IMG/VR virus record: IMGVR_UViG_3300035670_000158
Coordinates: 1-64,000 of that record
DNA: 64,000 nt
Direction: 5' to 3' (one strand)
Source of the DNA: an uncultured virus (IMG/VR IMGVR_UViG_3300035670_000158)
Lineage: Duplodnaviria; Heunggongvirae; Uroviricota; Caudoviricetes
Translations under genes and position numbers: made by a program
Part shown: piece after piece, positions 31,883 through 40,030 of the stretch
Layout of the letters: every line of letters begins with the position of its first letter
How positions within the stretch are numbered: position 1 is the stretch's first letter
Notes under the pieces: model-generated
Seen by the model: only the letters and a program-made list of their open reading frames with translations
The model's database searches: none
Told to the model about the DNA's origin: nothing

Positions 31883-32394
31883 ACATCTTCGTCACAAATC
31901 CATTTCCTGCCGAGAGTGCTATTTGTTTGCCAGATAAACATATCGTAAAGATGCCACTAGAATGTTGCCAAATGCTTTCTATTGTGGCATCTAAAAAATG
32001 GGGACATAATTATGGTCCTCTTTATAAAAAAGATAATACTCCCTATCAAACTGAAAAAGGAGCATTTAGAAATCATCCATGTACCAAATGGGCATCTGAA
32101 AGTATTCATAATGCCTACTGGTTAATCAAATGGGGAATGAACTTATGTGATGAGTATCATTTGAGGTATAAAAAAACCCATTCATGTTACAATACTCTTG
32201 TTCACGCTTATTATATTTTTCCAAAAGGAAAGATTACAAAAGTAACTCCATTTGTCAGAGCTATGCCAGATGAGTACAAATTTGATTCTAGTATAGATAC
32301 TTATACTGCGTATAAAATGTACATTGCATCCAAACCATGGGTAGCATCAAATTACATTCGTATGCCAGAACGCAAACCTAATTGGATAGGGTAA
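31879..32394 (+). CDS. Pyrimidine-dimer DNA glycosylase-like protein
   Basis: MNIFVT, DKHIVKMPLECCQML, NHPCTKW motifs. Confidence 0.65.
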   Translation: MNIFVTNPFPAESAICLPDKHIVKMPLECCQMLSIVASKKWGHNYGPLYKKDNTPYQTEKGAFRNHPCTKWASESIHNAYWLIKWGMNLCDEYHLRYKKTHSCYNTLVHAYYIFPKGKITKVTPFVRAMPDEYKFDSSIDTYTAYKMYIASKPWVASNYIRMPERKPNWIG

Positions 32395-32799
32395 TTGAAA
32401 CATGTACTTTTTACTCTCTACAGGTGTGATGTAGAGCTTCTCAATGATCGGATGTTCATTGAAAAACTTTTATACGAAACTGCTAATTATTGTGGTTCCA
32501 CTTTTTTGAATACAGTATCACATCAATTTGAACCACAGGGGATAACAGCAGTTACTCTTTTGGCTGAATCTCATATTTCAATTCACACATGGCCTGAAAA
32601 AGAAATGGCTGTGTGTGATATTTTTACATGTGGGGATCATACTGATCCTATGAAAGGATTTGCTTATATGAAAACAGCACTTAAATCTTGGGTGTCTTCT
32701 CATAAAGTTTATGAAAGACCTTTTGATGATGTGACACTTGAAGAACCGTCTTATGGTCTGCCATGGCCTGACGGAATCCCTGCTATAATAACAGAGTAA
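32395..32799 (+). CDS. speD: S-adenosylmethionine decarboxylase proenzyme (class 1B)
   Basis: FEPQG, LLAESHISIHTWPE (ES self-cleavage site), DIFTCG; TTG start. Confidence 0.9.
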   Translation: MKHVLFTLYRCDVELLNDRMFIEKLLYETANYCGSTFLNTVSHQFEPQGITAVTLLAESHISIHTWPEKEMAVCDIFTCGDHTDPMKGFAYMKTALKSWVSSHKVYERPFDDVTLEEPSYGLPWPDGIPAIITE

Positions 32800-32816
32800 T
32801 CAACAAACCACTTGAA

Positions 32817-33869
32817 ATGTCAAATCACGTTGACGCCCTTCGTAATCTCTACGGTTCTGAATTTATTGCTGCAGATGTTCGTGGTTACTGTGCTTCTGCT
32901 GATATTTCTTATCAGACTGTTACAAAATATATCGAACCATACAAAGTTGGTCGTGGAAAATGGAATCTAGAAGTAACCAGTAAAGTTGTGGAAAATATTG
33001 AAAATGCCTTTAATGCCCCCTCTGTTATTCCTTCTTTCGAACAAAATCTGATTCCTAGTAAAGATGATACCTTCGTCAAGTTTGGTAACTTTGGTGATAT
33101 TAAAAAAATTATTGAGTCCCGTCTCTTTTACCCTACGTTCATTACGGGTCTTTCGGGTAACGGTAAAACGTTTGGTGTGGAACAAGCGTGTGCTCAATTG
33201 GGACGTGAATTGATTCGTGTCAACATTACCATTGAAACTGATGAAGACGATCTTATTGGTGGATTCCGTCTGGTCAATGGTGAAACTGCCTGGCATAATG
33301 GTCCAGTGATTGAAGCACTTGAGCGTGGTGCTGTTCTGCTTCTTGACGAGATTGATCTGGCATCTAATAAGATTCTGTGTCTGCAATCTATTCTGGAAGG
33401 CAAAGGTGTTTTCCTGAAAAAGATCGGTCGCTTTGTAAAACCCACTGCTGGTTTCAATGTGATTGCAACTGCAAACACCAAGGGTAAAGGTTCTGATGAT
33501 GGTCGCTTCATCGGCACTAACGTTCTTAATGAAGCATTTCTTGAACGTTTCTGTGTGACTTTTGAGCAAGAATACCCTTCTCCTGCAATTGAAAGTCGGA
33601 TTCTTAGTAAACTCTGTGATGATTCTATATTCTGTCAACGTCTTGCTGATTGGGCAGATATCATCCGTAAGACCTTCTATGATGGAGGTATTGATGAAGT
33701 AATCTCCACCCGTCGTTTGGTTCACATCATTCAGGCATACAAAATCTTTGGTGACAAAGCAAAGGCAATTCAAGTTTGTCTGAACCGTTTTGATGATGAA
33801 ACCAAGCAAGCATTCATGGATCTCTATGATAAGGTTGACACAGACGTTAAGTTTGAGGTAGAATCGTAA
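32817..33869 (+). CDS. cobS: CobS-like MoxR AAA+ ATPase
   Basis: GLSGNGKT, LLLDEID, ATANTKG, ISTRRL motifs. Confidence 0.88.
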   Translation: MSNHVDALRNLYGSEFIAADVRGYCASADISYQTVTKYIEPYKVGRGKWNLEVTSKVVENIENAFNAPSVIPSFEQNLIPSKDDTFVKFGNFGDIKKIIESRLFYPTFITGLSGNGKTFGVEQACAQLGRELIRVNITIETDEDDLIGGFRLVNGETAWHNGPVIEALERGAVLLLDEIDLASNKILCLQSILEGKGVFLKKIGRFVKPTAGFNVIATANTKGKGSDDGRFIGTNVLNEAFLERFCVTFEQEYPSPAIESRILSKLCDDSIFCQRLADWADIIRKTFYDGGIDEVISTRRLVHIIQAYKIFGDKAKAIQVCLNRFDDETKQAFMDLYDKVDTDVKFEVES

Positions 33870-33887
33870 TACAATCTCCTTTTTATT

Positions 33888-34301
33888 ATGGACGAGCATC
33901 CTTATTCACAATACGAATTCATTCTGTCTCAAAATCAAAAGACAGGAATGCTTAATTTGACAAAAACGCCCGTTATGAACGAACCAACCAACCATCTTTG
34001 GAAGTACAATGAAGATAAGATTCTTAAAGATATTGAAGAATATGTAACTAGCACTTATGGCAGTCATTACTGCGGACACAATCAAGACTACAAAGACATT
34101 CAAACAATTGATTTGATGGCTGCCAAAGATCTTGCTCCTGGATTTTGTCAAGCAAATATCCTAAAATACGGCAGTCGCTATGGTGATAAGGATGGACGAA
34201 ATAAGCGTGACTTGATGAAAGTCATTCATTATGCTATGCTTCTTCTTCACTTTGATGGTCATTATTCCCGCAAAGATAATGGTCTTTCTGAATTTCGTTG
34301 A
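33888..34301 (+). CDS. Conserved hypothetical protein (DUF3310-like)
   Basis: FCQANILKYGSRYGDKDG...DLMKVIHY; start uncertain. Confidence 0.6.
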   Translation: MDEHPYSQYEFILSQNQKTGMLNLTKTPVMNEPTNHLWKYNEDKILKDIEEYVTSTYGSHYCGHNQDYKDIQTIDLMAAKDLAPGFCQANILKYGSRYGDKDGRNKRDLMKVIHYAMLLLHFDGHYSRKDNGLSEFR

Positions 34302-34990
34302 TTATGAAACTGAAACCTCAAACTATGAAACTTTCTGACTCCACTGTTACTCTGCTGAAGAACTTCAGTAACATCAATCAATCTCTGATGTTCAAACAGG
34401 GTAACTCTATTCGTACTATTTCGGTAATGAAAAATATTCTTGCCGAAGCAACTATTACTGAGGAACTTCCAAAGGATTTTGGAATCTATGATTTGAACCA
34501 ATTTCTGAATGGTATGTCCCTTCACAAAGATCCAGAACTGGACTTTGAGAATGATAATTACGTTGTGATTCGTGAAGGTAAGTCACGGTCCAAGTATTTC
34601 TTTGCTGATCCCAATGTCATCATTTCGCCCCCTGAGAAGACCCTCACACTGCCCTCAGAGGACGTGTGCTTTGTCCTCTCTACTCAAAACCTAGATCGTC
34701 TTCTGAAGGCAGCAGCGGTCTATCAGTTGCCCGATTTTTCTGCAGTCGGTGAGGCAGGCGTGGTTAAACTGGTTGTCCGTGACAAGAAGAACGAAACCTC
34801 CAATGATTTCTCAATTGTAGTTGGAGAAACTATTAGCACCTTTGAATTCAACTTCAAAGTTGAGAACATCAAACTCATTCCTGGAACTTATGATGTGGTA
34901 GTATCTAAGGCAGGTCTTTCTAGGTTTACTAGCAAAGATCGTGACCTGACTTATTTCATTGCCCTTGAAGATACCAAGTATGAAGAGTGA
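34298..34990 (+). CDS. gp45: Sliding clamp gp45
   Basis: LLKNFSNINQS, FGIYDLNQFL, YFIALE; real start may be slightly downstream. Confidence 0.93.
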   Translation: MIMKLKPQTMKLSDSTVTLLKNFSNINQSLMFKQGNSIRTISVMKNILAEATITEELPKDFGIYDLNQFLNGMSLHKDPELDFENDNYVVIREGKSRSKYFFADPNVIISPPEKTLTLPSEDVCFVLSTQNLDRLLKAAAVYQLPDFSAVGEAGVVKLVVRDKKNETSNDFSIVVGETISTFEFNFKVENIKLIPGTYDVVVSKAGLSRFTSKDRDLTYFIALEDTKYEE

Positions 34991-35924
34991 TTTCCTTTGG
35001 GTTGAAAAATATCGCCCCAAAAAGGTTGAGGATTGTATCCTCCCCGACTCTATCAAATCTACTTTTCAGGAGTTTGTAGATAAGGGAGAGATTCCCAACC
35101 TTCTTCTTTCTGGTCCTGCTGGTTGTGGTAAAACAACCATTGCCAGGGCACTTTGCGAACAACTAGGATGTGATTACATTATTATCAATGGATCTGACGA
35201 AGGACGATTTTTGGACACGGTACGGAACCAAGCAAAAAACTTTGCTTCGACCTTATCACTTCAAGCAACTGGTAAACACAAAGTCATCATTATTGATGAG
35301 GCAGATAACACAACCCACGACGTACAACTCTTGTTACGGGCAAATATTGAGGCGTTTTATAACAACTGTCGATTCATTTTTACCTGCAACTACAAAAACA
35401 AAATCATTGAACCACTCCATTCTCGATGTGCAGTCATTGAGTTTAGTATCGCTGCCAAACAACGTCCAGTTATCGCAGGAAACTTTTTCAAACGTCTCCA
35501 AACGATTTTGGATCAGGAAAAAATTGAGTATGATCCAAAAGTTCTTGTTCAACTAATCAACAAGCATTTCCCAGATTGGCGTCGTGTTCTAAATGAATGC
35601 CAACGGTATGCTGCTGGTGGAGTAATTGACTCTGCTATTCTTGCTGAATTTTCTGATGTAAAGATCAATGATCTCATTAAATGTCTCAAAGAAAAAAACT
35701 TTACGGAGGTTAGGAAATGGGTCGTTGCTAATCTGGACAATGATCCTGCTGTACTTCTCCGTCGTCTTTACGATGCTCTTCTTGATGCCCTTGAGAACCC
35801 TAGCATTCCTGCTGCTGTGCTTGTTATTGCTAAGTATCAGTATCAAATTGCCTTCGTTGCTGATCAAGAAGTAAATGTTCTTGCTGCTCTGACAGAAATC
35901 ATGTGTGAGTGTGAATTCAAGTGA
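34980..35924 (+). CDS. gp44: Clamp loader large subunit gp44
   Basis: WVEKYRP, GPAGCGKTT, IIDEAD, SRC motifs; ATG at 34980. Confidence 0.95.
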   Translation: MKSDFLWVEKYRPKKVEDCILPDSIKSTFQEFVDKGEIPNLLLSGPAGCGKTTIARALCEQLGCDYIIINGSDEGRFLDTVRNQAKNFASTLSLQATGKHKVIIIDEADNTTHDVQLLLRANIEAFYNNCRFIFTCNYKNKIIEPLHSRCAVIEFSIAAKQRPVIAGNFFKRLQTILDQEKIEYDPKVLVQLINKHFPDWRRVLNECQRYAAGGVIDSAILAEFSDVKINDLIKCLKEKNFTEVRKWVVANLDNDPAVLLRRLYDALLDALENPSIPAAVLVIAKYQYQIAFVADQEVNVLAALTEIMCECEFK

Positions 35925-36109
35925 GTAGTAAAACTAATCCTAAAACTGTAGCAGAGGCAAATTGGGGATTATTTCGGTCCACAATGAATCTTCCTGCCGC
36001 CGCCACTCATTGTGGTATGACACAAAAGGAAATGAAATTGACCTTTCGTGAATTTTTGAAGTATCACGAACCAGACTATGATAAATTTACTGAAGAATCC
36101 GAAAACTAA
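35921..36109 (+). CDS. Hypothetical protein
   Basis: 62-aa ORF; MNLPAAATHCGMT. Confidence 0.55.
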   Translation: MSSKTNPKTVAEANWGLFRSTMNLPAAATHCGMTQKEMKLTFREFLKYHEPDYDKFTEESEN

Positions 36110-36617
36110 AGAATATGTTGACCTAAAGCAGAAAGTTTTAGGTCCATATTTTCCTTGGCATTATCATGAAACATGTACGAAGACCAATTTGGATGGATAT
36201 ACAAACAATCCAATTTATATGCATGAAGTTTTATCAGGTCCAAGTCCATCAAATGGAATTCATGTTTCAGTTCCAAGGTCTGATTTAGTGCAATTATGCG
36301 ATATCGTTGTAACTCAAATCTTCAGAGAGAATAATCTAAATGCAAAATTTATACACAGGATTGGTATAAATTGTGTTCATTATTATGATGGAAATCCAAG
36401 TGTTCCTCACTTAGATCATGATGATTTTGAACATAAAAATTTGATTTTCTACCTCAATAAATTTTCTGGTGGACAAATTGATGTCTTTTTTGATGGTCAA
36501 AAAAAGACCCATTTTCCGTCAGAAGATGATATAATAACATTTGATTGCGCTCTTCATTCCATTCATCAACCAACACCTGGATGCAGGAGAATTGTTATGA
36601 CAGTAACTTACTCATGA
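36078..36617 (+). CDS. 2OG-Fe(II) oxygenase-like protein
   Basis: PHLD (HxD), IFYLN, distal H and RIV. Confidence 0.65.
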   Translation: MINLLKNPKTKEYVDLKQKVLGPYFPWHYHETCTKTNLDGYTNNPIYMHEVLSGPSPSNGIHVSVPRSDLVQLCDIVVTQIFRENNLNAKFIHRIGINCVHYYDGNPSVPHLDHDDFEHKNLIFYLNKFSGGQIDVFFDGQKKTHFPSEDDIITFDCALHSIHQPTPGCRRIVMTVTYS

Positions 36618-37453
36618 AATCACTCAAAACACCTCTTCGCTATCCTGGAGGCAAGTCCCGTGCTTGCACCAAGATGGATCAATACTTTCCAGACCTCCGT
36701 AACTACAATGAGTTTCGTGAACCATTTCTTGGTGGAGGAAGCGTTGCGATTCATATTACTAAAAAATACCCAGACATCAAAATATGGGTAAATGACTTAT
36801 ATGAACCATTGGTAAACTTCTGGCAGCAACTCCAGATGTTTGGACCTGAAATGAAAGATAAGTTGCTAGATCTAAAGTCAAAAAATAATACTCCAGACAA
36901 AGCAAAAGTATTATTTTATCATTCAAAGGTATTTGTAAATGAACCACTTCTGTCTAATCTCGATCGTGCTGTGGCTTTCTACGTTGTCAATAAGTGCAGT
37001 TTCAGTGGCCTTACAGAGAGCTCATCATTTTCACAACAAGCGTCCAACAGCAACTTTAGTATACGCGGCATTGAAAAATTACCAGAATACTCCAAACTAA
37101 TTGCAAACTGGAGAATAACTAATTACTCATACGATTATTTGATGGATGACAATATGGATGCTTTTCTGTATTTGGATCCTCCTTATGACATTAAGGACAA
37201 TCTCTATGGGAACAAAGGATCAATGCACAAAGGATTTGATCACGATAAGTTTGCTACTGATTGCGATTCTTGTCGTATGCATCAGATGATTAGTTATAAT
37301 TCAGATCAATTGGTAAAAGATAGATTCAAAAACTGGAAAGCGGCGGAATTTGATTTGACCTATACCATGCGATCTGTTGGTGAATACATGCGCGAGCAAA
37401 AAGAACGTAAGGAACTTTTGTTATTTAATTATGGAACTGAAAGATTGGCTTAA
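36614..37453 (+). CDS. dam: DNA adenine methyltransferase (Dam/D12 class)
   Basis: LRYPGGKS, EPFLGGGS, DPPY motifs; ATG at 36614. Confidence 0.9.
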   Translation: MKSLKTPLRYPGGKSRACTKMDQYFPDLRNYNEFREPFLGGGSVAIHITKKYPDIKIWVNDLYEPLVNFWQQLQMFGPEMKDKLLDLKSKNNTPDKAKVLFYHSKVFVNEPLLSNLDRAVAFYVVNKCSFSGLTESSSFSQQASNSNFSIRGIEKLPEYSKLIANWRITNYSYDYLMDDNMDAFLYLDPPYDIKDNLYGNKGSMHKGFDHDKFATDCDSCRMHQMISYNSDQLVKDRFKNWKAAEFDLTYTMRSVGEYMREQKERKELLLFNYGTERLA

Positions 37454-37805
37454 TTCTATCAACTTCACAAAGGAAGATATTGCTGAACCAGAGAATATCC
37501 GATCTTATCCTCCTTACATTGTCAATCGTTGCCTTTCTGGACACATTGATTGTGTATTGTTTGTGAACGAGATGAATATTAATCATCACTTAGATAAAGA
37601 TATGCAATATCAGTTTTATCTAAATAGTCTGAGGAAAAGGAAGAGATTTTCTCCTTGGATCAAAAAGGATAAAATAGAAGACCTTGATATTGTAAAACAA
37701 TATTATGGTTATAGCAATGAGAAAGCATCACAAGCACTCAGAATTTTATCTAAACAACAACTCAATTACATCAGACAAAAACTTGAAACTGGAGGAAGAA
37801 AATGA
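37431..37805 (+). CDS. gp62: Clamp loader small subunit gp62
   Basis: YPPYIVNRCLS, RKRFSPW, YYGYS motifs; ATG at 37431. Confidence 0.9.
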   Translation: MELKDWLNSINFTKEDIAEPENIRSYPPYIVNRCLSGHIDCVLFVNEMNINHHLDKDMQYQFYLNSLRKRKRFSPWIKKDKIEDLDIVKQYYGYSNEKASQALRILSKQQLNYIRQKLETGGRK

Positions 37806-38230
37806 GTACGGTGAGAGAACCTGAAGTGAAGTGGTCACAAGACCAAATGATTGAAGTAATTTTGAGAGAACCAGATGACTTTCTCAAAGTTAGAGAAACT
37901 CTGACACGTATTGGTGTTGCATCTCGTAAAGAGAAGAAACTGTATCAATCCTGTCATATTTTGCATAAACAGGGTCGATATTTTATCGTTCATTTCAAAG
38001 AGTTGTTTGCTTTGGATGGTAAACATGCAAATCTTACTCCGAACGATGTTCAGCGTCGTAATCGTATTACTCAGTTACTATCTGATTGGGGTCTTATTGA
38101 AGTAGTCAATGCAGAGACTATTACTGAAATTGCTCCTCTGAACCAAATCAAAGTTCTCTCTTTCAAAGAGAAGGAAGAATGGACTTTGGAAACAAAATAC
38201 AATATTGGAAAGAAAAAAGTTCAAGAGTGA
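37802..38230 (+). CDS. regA: Translational repressor RegA
   Basis: DDFLKVRETLTRIG, LYQSCHILHKQG, VHFKELF motifs. Confidence 0.96.
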   Translation: MSTVREPEVKWSQDQMIEVILREPDDFLKVRETLTRIGVASRKEKKLYQSCHILHKQGRYFIVHFKELFALDGKHANLTPNDVQRRNRITQLLSDWGLIEVVNAETITEIAPLNQIKVLSFKEKEEWTLETKYNIGKKKVQE

Positions 38231-38784
38231 AAAAACAAATTATAAAAGATTGTATATGTAAGTTTACGCTAGATAATCACGAAAAAGTAAAAAAAATCAT
38301 CTTAGACTGCATTCATAATGATAATAATCATTCAAAAAATGCTTATATAGACACAATAACTAAATTTGATTGGAAAGTTGGAGATGATTTTGAAAGACCA
38401 TGGGTAAAATATTTTTTGCCACTATTTGAAAAAATATTAGAAAAATTTCTATTAGAGATAGGAGTGCAAAAAATTGGAAAACTAAGTGCAATTTGGTATC
38501 AACAATATGAAAACAAATCATATCATGGATGGCACATTCATGGTGGACATTACACTGGCGTTTATTATTTAGAACTTCCAAAAAATTCACCTCAAACTGA
38601 AATACTTCATCCGTTCAATAACAAAATAACAAAAATAAACGCTAAAGAAGGAGATATCATTTTTTTCCCTAGTCATATAATTCATAGAGCACCAAAAAAT
38701 GAAGGTAGTAGAAAAACAATAATATCATATAATTTTGATCTATTCGATAGAATAAATTGCCCCTTCTTAATAAACGAACTATAA
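38227..38784 (+). CDS. 2OG-Fe(II) oxygenase-like protein
   Basis: HGWHIH, GVYYL, FFPSHIIH, ISYN; GTGA overlap with regA stop. Confidence 0.65.
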   Translation: MKKQIIKDCICKFTLDNHEKVKKIILDCIHNDNNHSKNAYIDTITKFDWKVGDDFERPWVKYFLPLFEKILEKFLLEIGVQKIGKLSAIWYQQYENKSYHGWHIHGGHYTGVYYLELPKNSPQTEILHPFNNKITKINAKEGDIIFFPSHIIHRAPKNEGSRKTIISYNFDLFDRINCPFLINEL

Positions 38785-38788
38785 ATAA

Positions 38789-38868
38789 AGCGTCGCTCTT
38801 TCGTGCGCGACACGCTACATACGGAATATACGCTACTAAAGGACGGGTTTCGCCACCCGTCTTTTTTT
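38789..38868 (+). ncRNA. Candidate small structured RNA between a late promoter and a terminator
   Basis: TATAAATA at 38780; GC-rich stem with possible pseudoknot; GACGGGT/ACCCGTC-T7 terminator. Confidence 0.45.
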
Positions 38869-38890
38869 GTCTTTTGGTATAATTAATATT

Positions 38891-38943
38891 GGATGCCGAA
38901 AGGGTCCACAAAATACAAACTCGCTTTCAAAGGAGCTACCATA
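38891..38943 (+). promoter_or_regulatory. ROSE-like RNA thermometer 5' UTR of hsp20
   Basis: GAAA-capped hairpin, then CTCGCT opposite the AGGAG Shine-Dalgarno; TGGTATAAT promoter at 38875. Confidence 0.55.
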
Positions 38944-39378
38944 ATGACAAACCTTGCACGTTATACTGCTGCGGATCTTCCATCATTAATGGATAGAATC
39001 ACTCGCAATAGTATTGGATTGGATGATTATTTTGATCGTGTCTTTAGTCTTCATGAGACAAGTTCTAATTATCCACCATATAACTTCATCAAAGTAAGTA
39101 ATGTAGAATCTCGTCTGGAACTTGCACTTGCAGGATTTAAGAAGGAGGAAGTTCATGTATACACAGAGTATGGAAAACTTTTTGTTGAAGGACAAAAAGA
39201 AGATAAAGAATCTGATGCCAACTACATCCATAAGGGATTGGCTCAACGATCTTTCAAAAGGGCGTGGACTCTCTCCGACGATACAGAAGTACGAGATGTT
39301 ACCTTTGATAATGGACTATTGATAGTATCTTTGGGCAAAGTGATTCCAGAGCATCATACACGAAAGGATTATCTATAA
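38944..39378 (+). CDS. hsp20: Small heat shock protein Hsp20 (IbpA-like)
   Basis: NYPPYN, LALAGF, YIHKGLAQRSF, FDNGLL motifs; ATG at 38944. Confidence 0.95.
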   Translation: MTNLARYTAADLPSLMDRITRNSIGLDDYFDRVFSLHETSSNYPPYNFIKVSNVESRLELALAGFKKEEVHVYTEYGKLFVEGQKEDKESDANYIHKGLAQRSFKRAWTLSDDTEVRDVTFDNGLLIVSLGKVIPEHHTRKDYL

Positions 39379-39408
39379 ATACAATTGAATATCGTCGGCG
39401 CTATGCCA

Positions 39409-39450
39409 CGGGAGGTAACTGGCAAAATCCAGTTGACACCTCCCTTTTTT
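39409..39450 (+). terminator. Terminator-like hairpin after hsp20
   Basis: GGGAGGT-AACTGG...CCAGTT-GAC-ACCTCCC followed by T6. Confidence 0.7.
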
Positions 39451-39461
39451 ATTGCTATAAT
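39433..39461 (+). promoter_or_regulatory. Consensus sigma70 promoter
   Basis: TTGACA-17 nt-TATAAT with extended TG. Confidence 0.85.
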
Positions 39462-39483
39462 ACCTTGAGATATTAGGATATGC

Positions 39484-39834
39484 ATGAGCATTAAACTTGC
39501 AGTATTGAAGTCGGGAGAAGATGTAATTGCCGATGTAAAAGAACTTCTAATGAACGAACGTGTGGTAGGATATACGTTCAGCAATCCTGCAACAGTTCGC
39601 TTTTTAGATCCAGAATCAATATATTTTCCAAACAAAAATATTGATATTGTCTTTGCTCCATGGATTCCTCTTTCTGCAGAGAAAGAAATTCCAGTAGCAC
39701 CAGATTGGATTATCACCCTAGTTGACCCTATTCCCCAAGTGGTTGAAAAATACAAAGAAGGATTAAAAAATGGAAAAACAAATCAAAGTTCTATTACTGA
39801 CCAACAATTCAATTCTGATATCACAACTAATTGA
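39484..39834 (+). CDS. Conserved hypothetical protein (possible Sm-like fold)
   Basis: LKSGEDVIADV, PWIPLS; typical upstream of gp43. Confidence 0.6.
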   Translation: MSIKLAVLKSGEDVIADVKELLMNERVVGYTFSNPATVRFLDPESIYFPNKNIDIVFAPWIPLSAEKEIPVAPDWIITLVDPIPQVVEKYKEGLKNGKTNQSSITDQQFNSDITTN

Positions 39835-40030
39835 AGTTAGTTCTGAACTTGGTGAACCAGATTGCAAACTTATAGAACCCTACGTAATTGTGCAATCAAC
39901 TGGCGAACTTGTACCGTGGTGTATCGATTTCACAGTACAAAACACCTTCATGATTAGTTCAGATAAAATTTTGACAATTGTTGATCCCAACACCAAACTC
40001 CTTGAAAAGTACAAGTCTCTAATTTCTTGA
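39770..40030 (+). CDS. Conserved hypothetical protein
   Basis: LGEPDCKLIEP, ISSDKILTIVDP. Confidence 0.6.
   Translation: MEKQIKVLLLTNNSILISQLIEVSSELGEPDCKLIEPYVIVQSTGELVPWCIDFTVQNTFMISSDKILTIVDPNTKLLEKYKSLIS

Noticed and set aside
32967..33899. 310-aa minus-strand ORF
   Set aside because: Antisense shadow of cobS with no recognisable motifs or expression signals
38893..38943. N-terminal extension of Hsp20 in the ORF track
   Set aside because: The SD precedes ATG 38944; the extension is the structured 5' UTR
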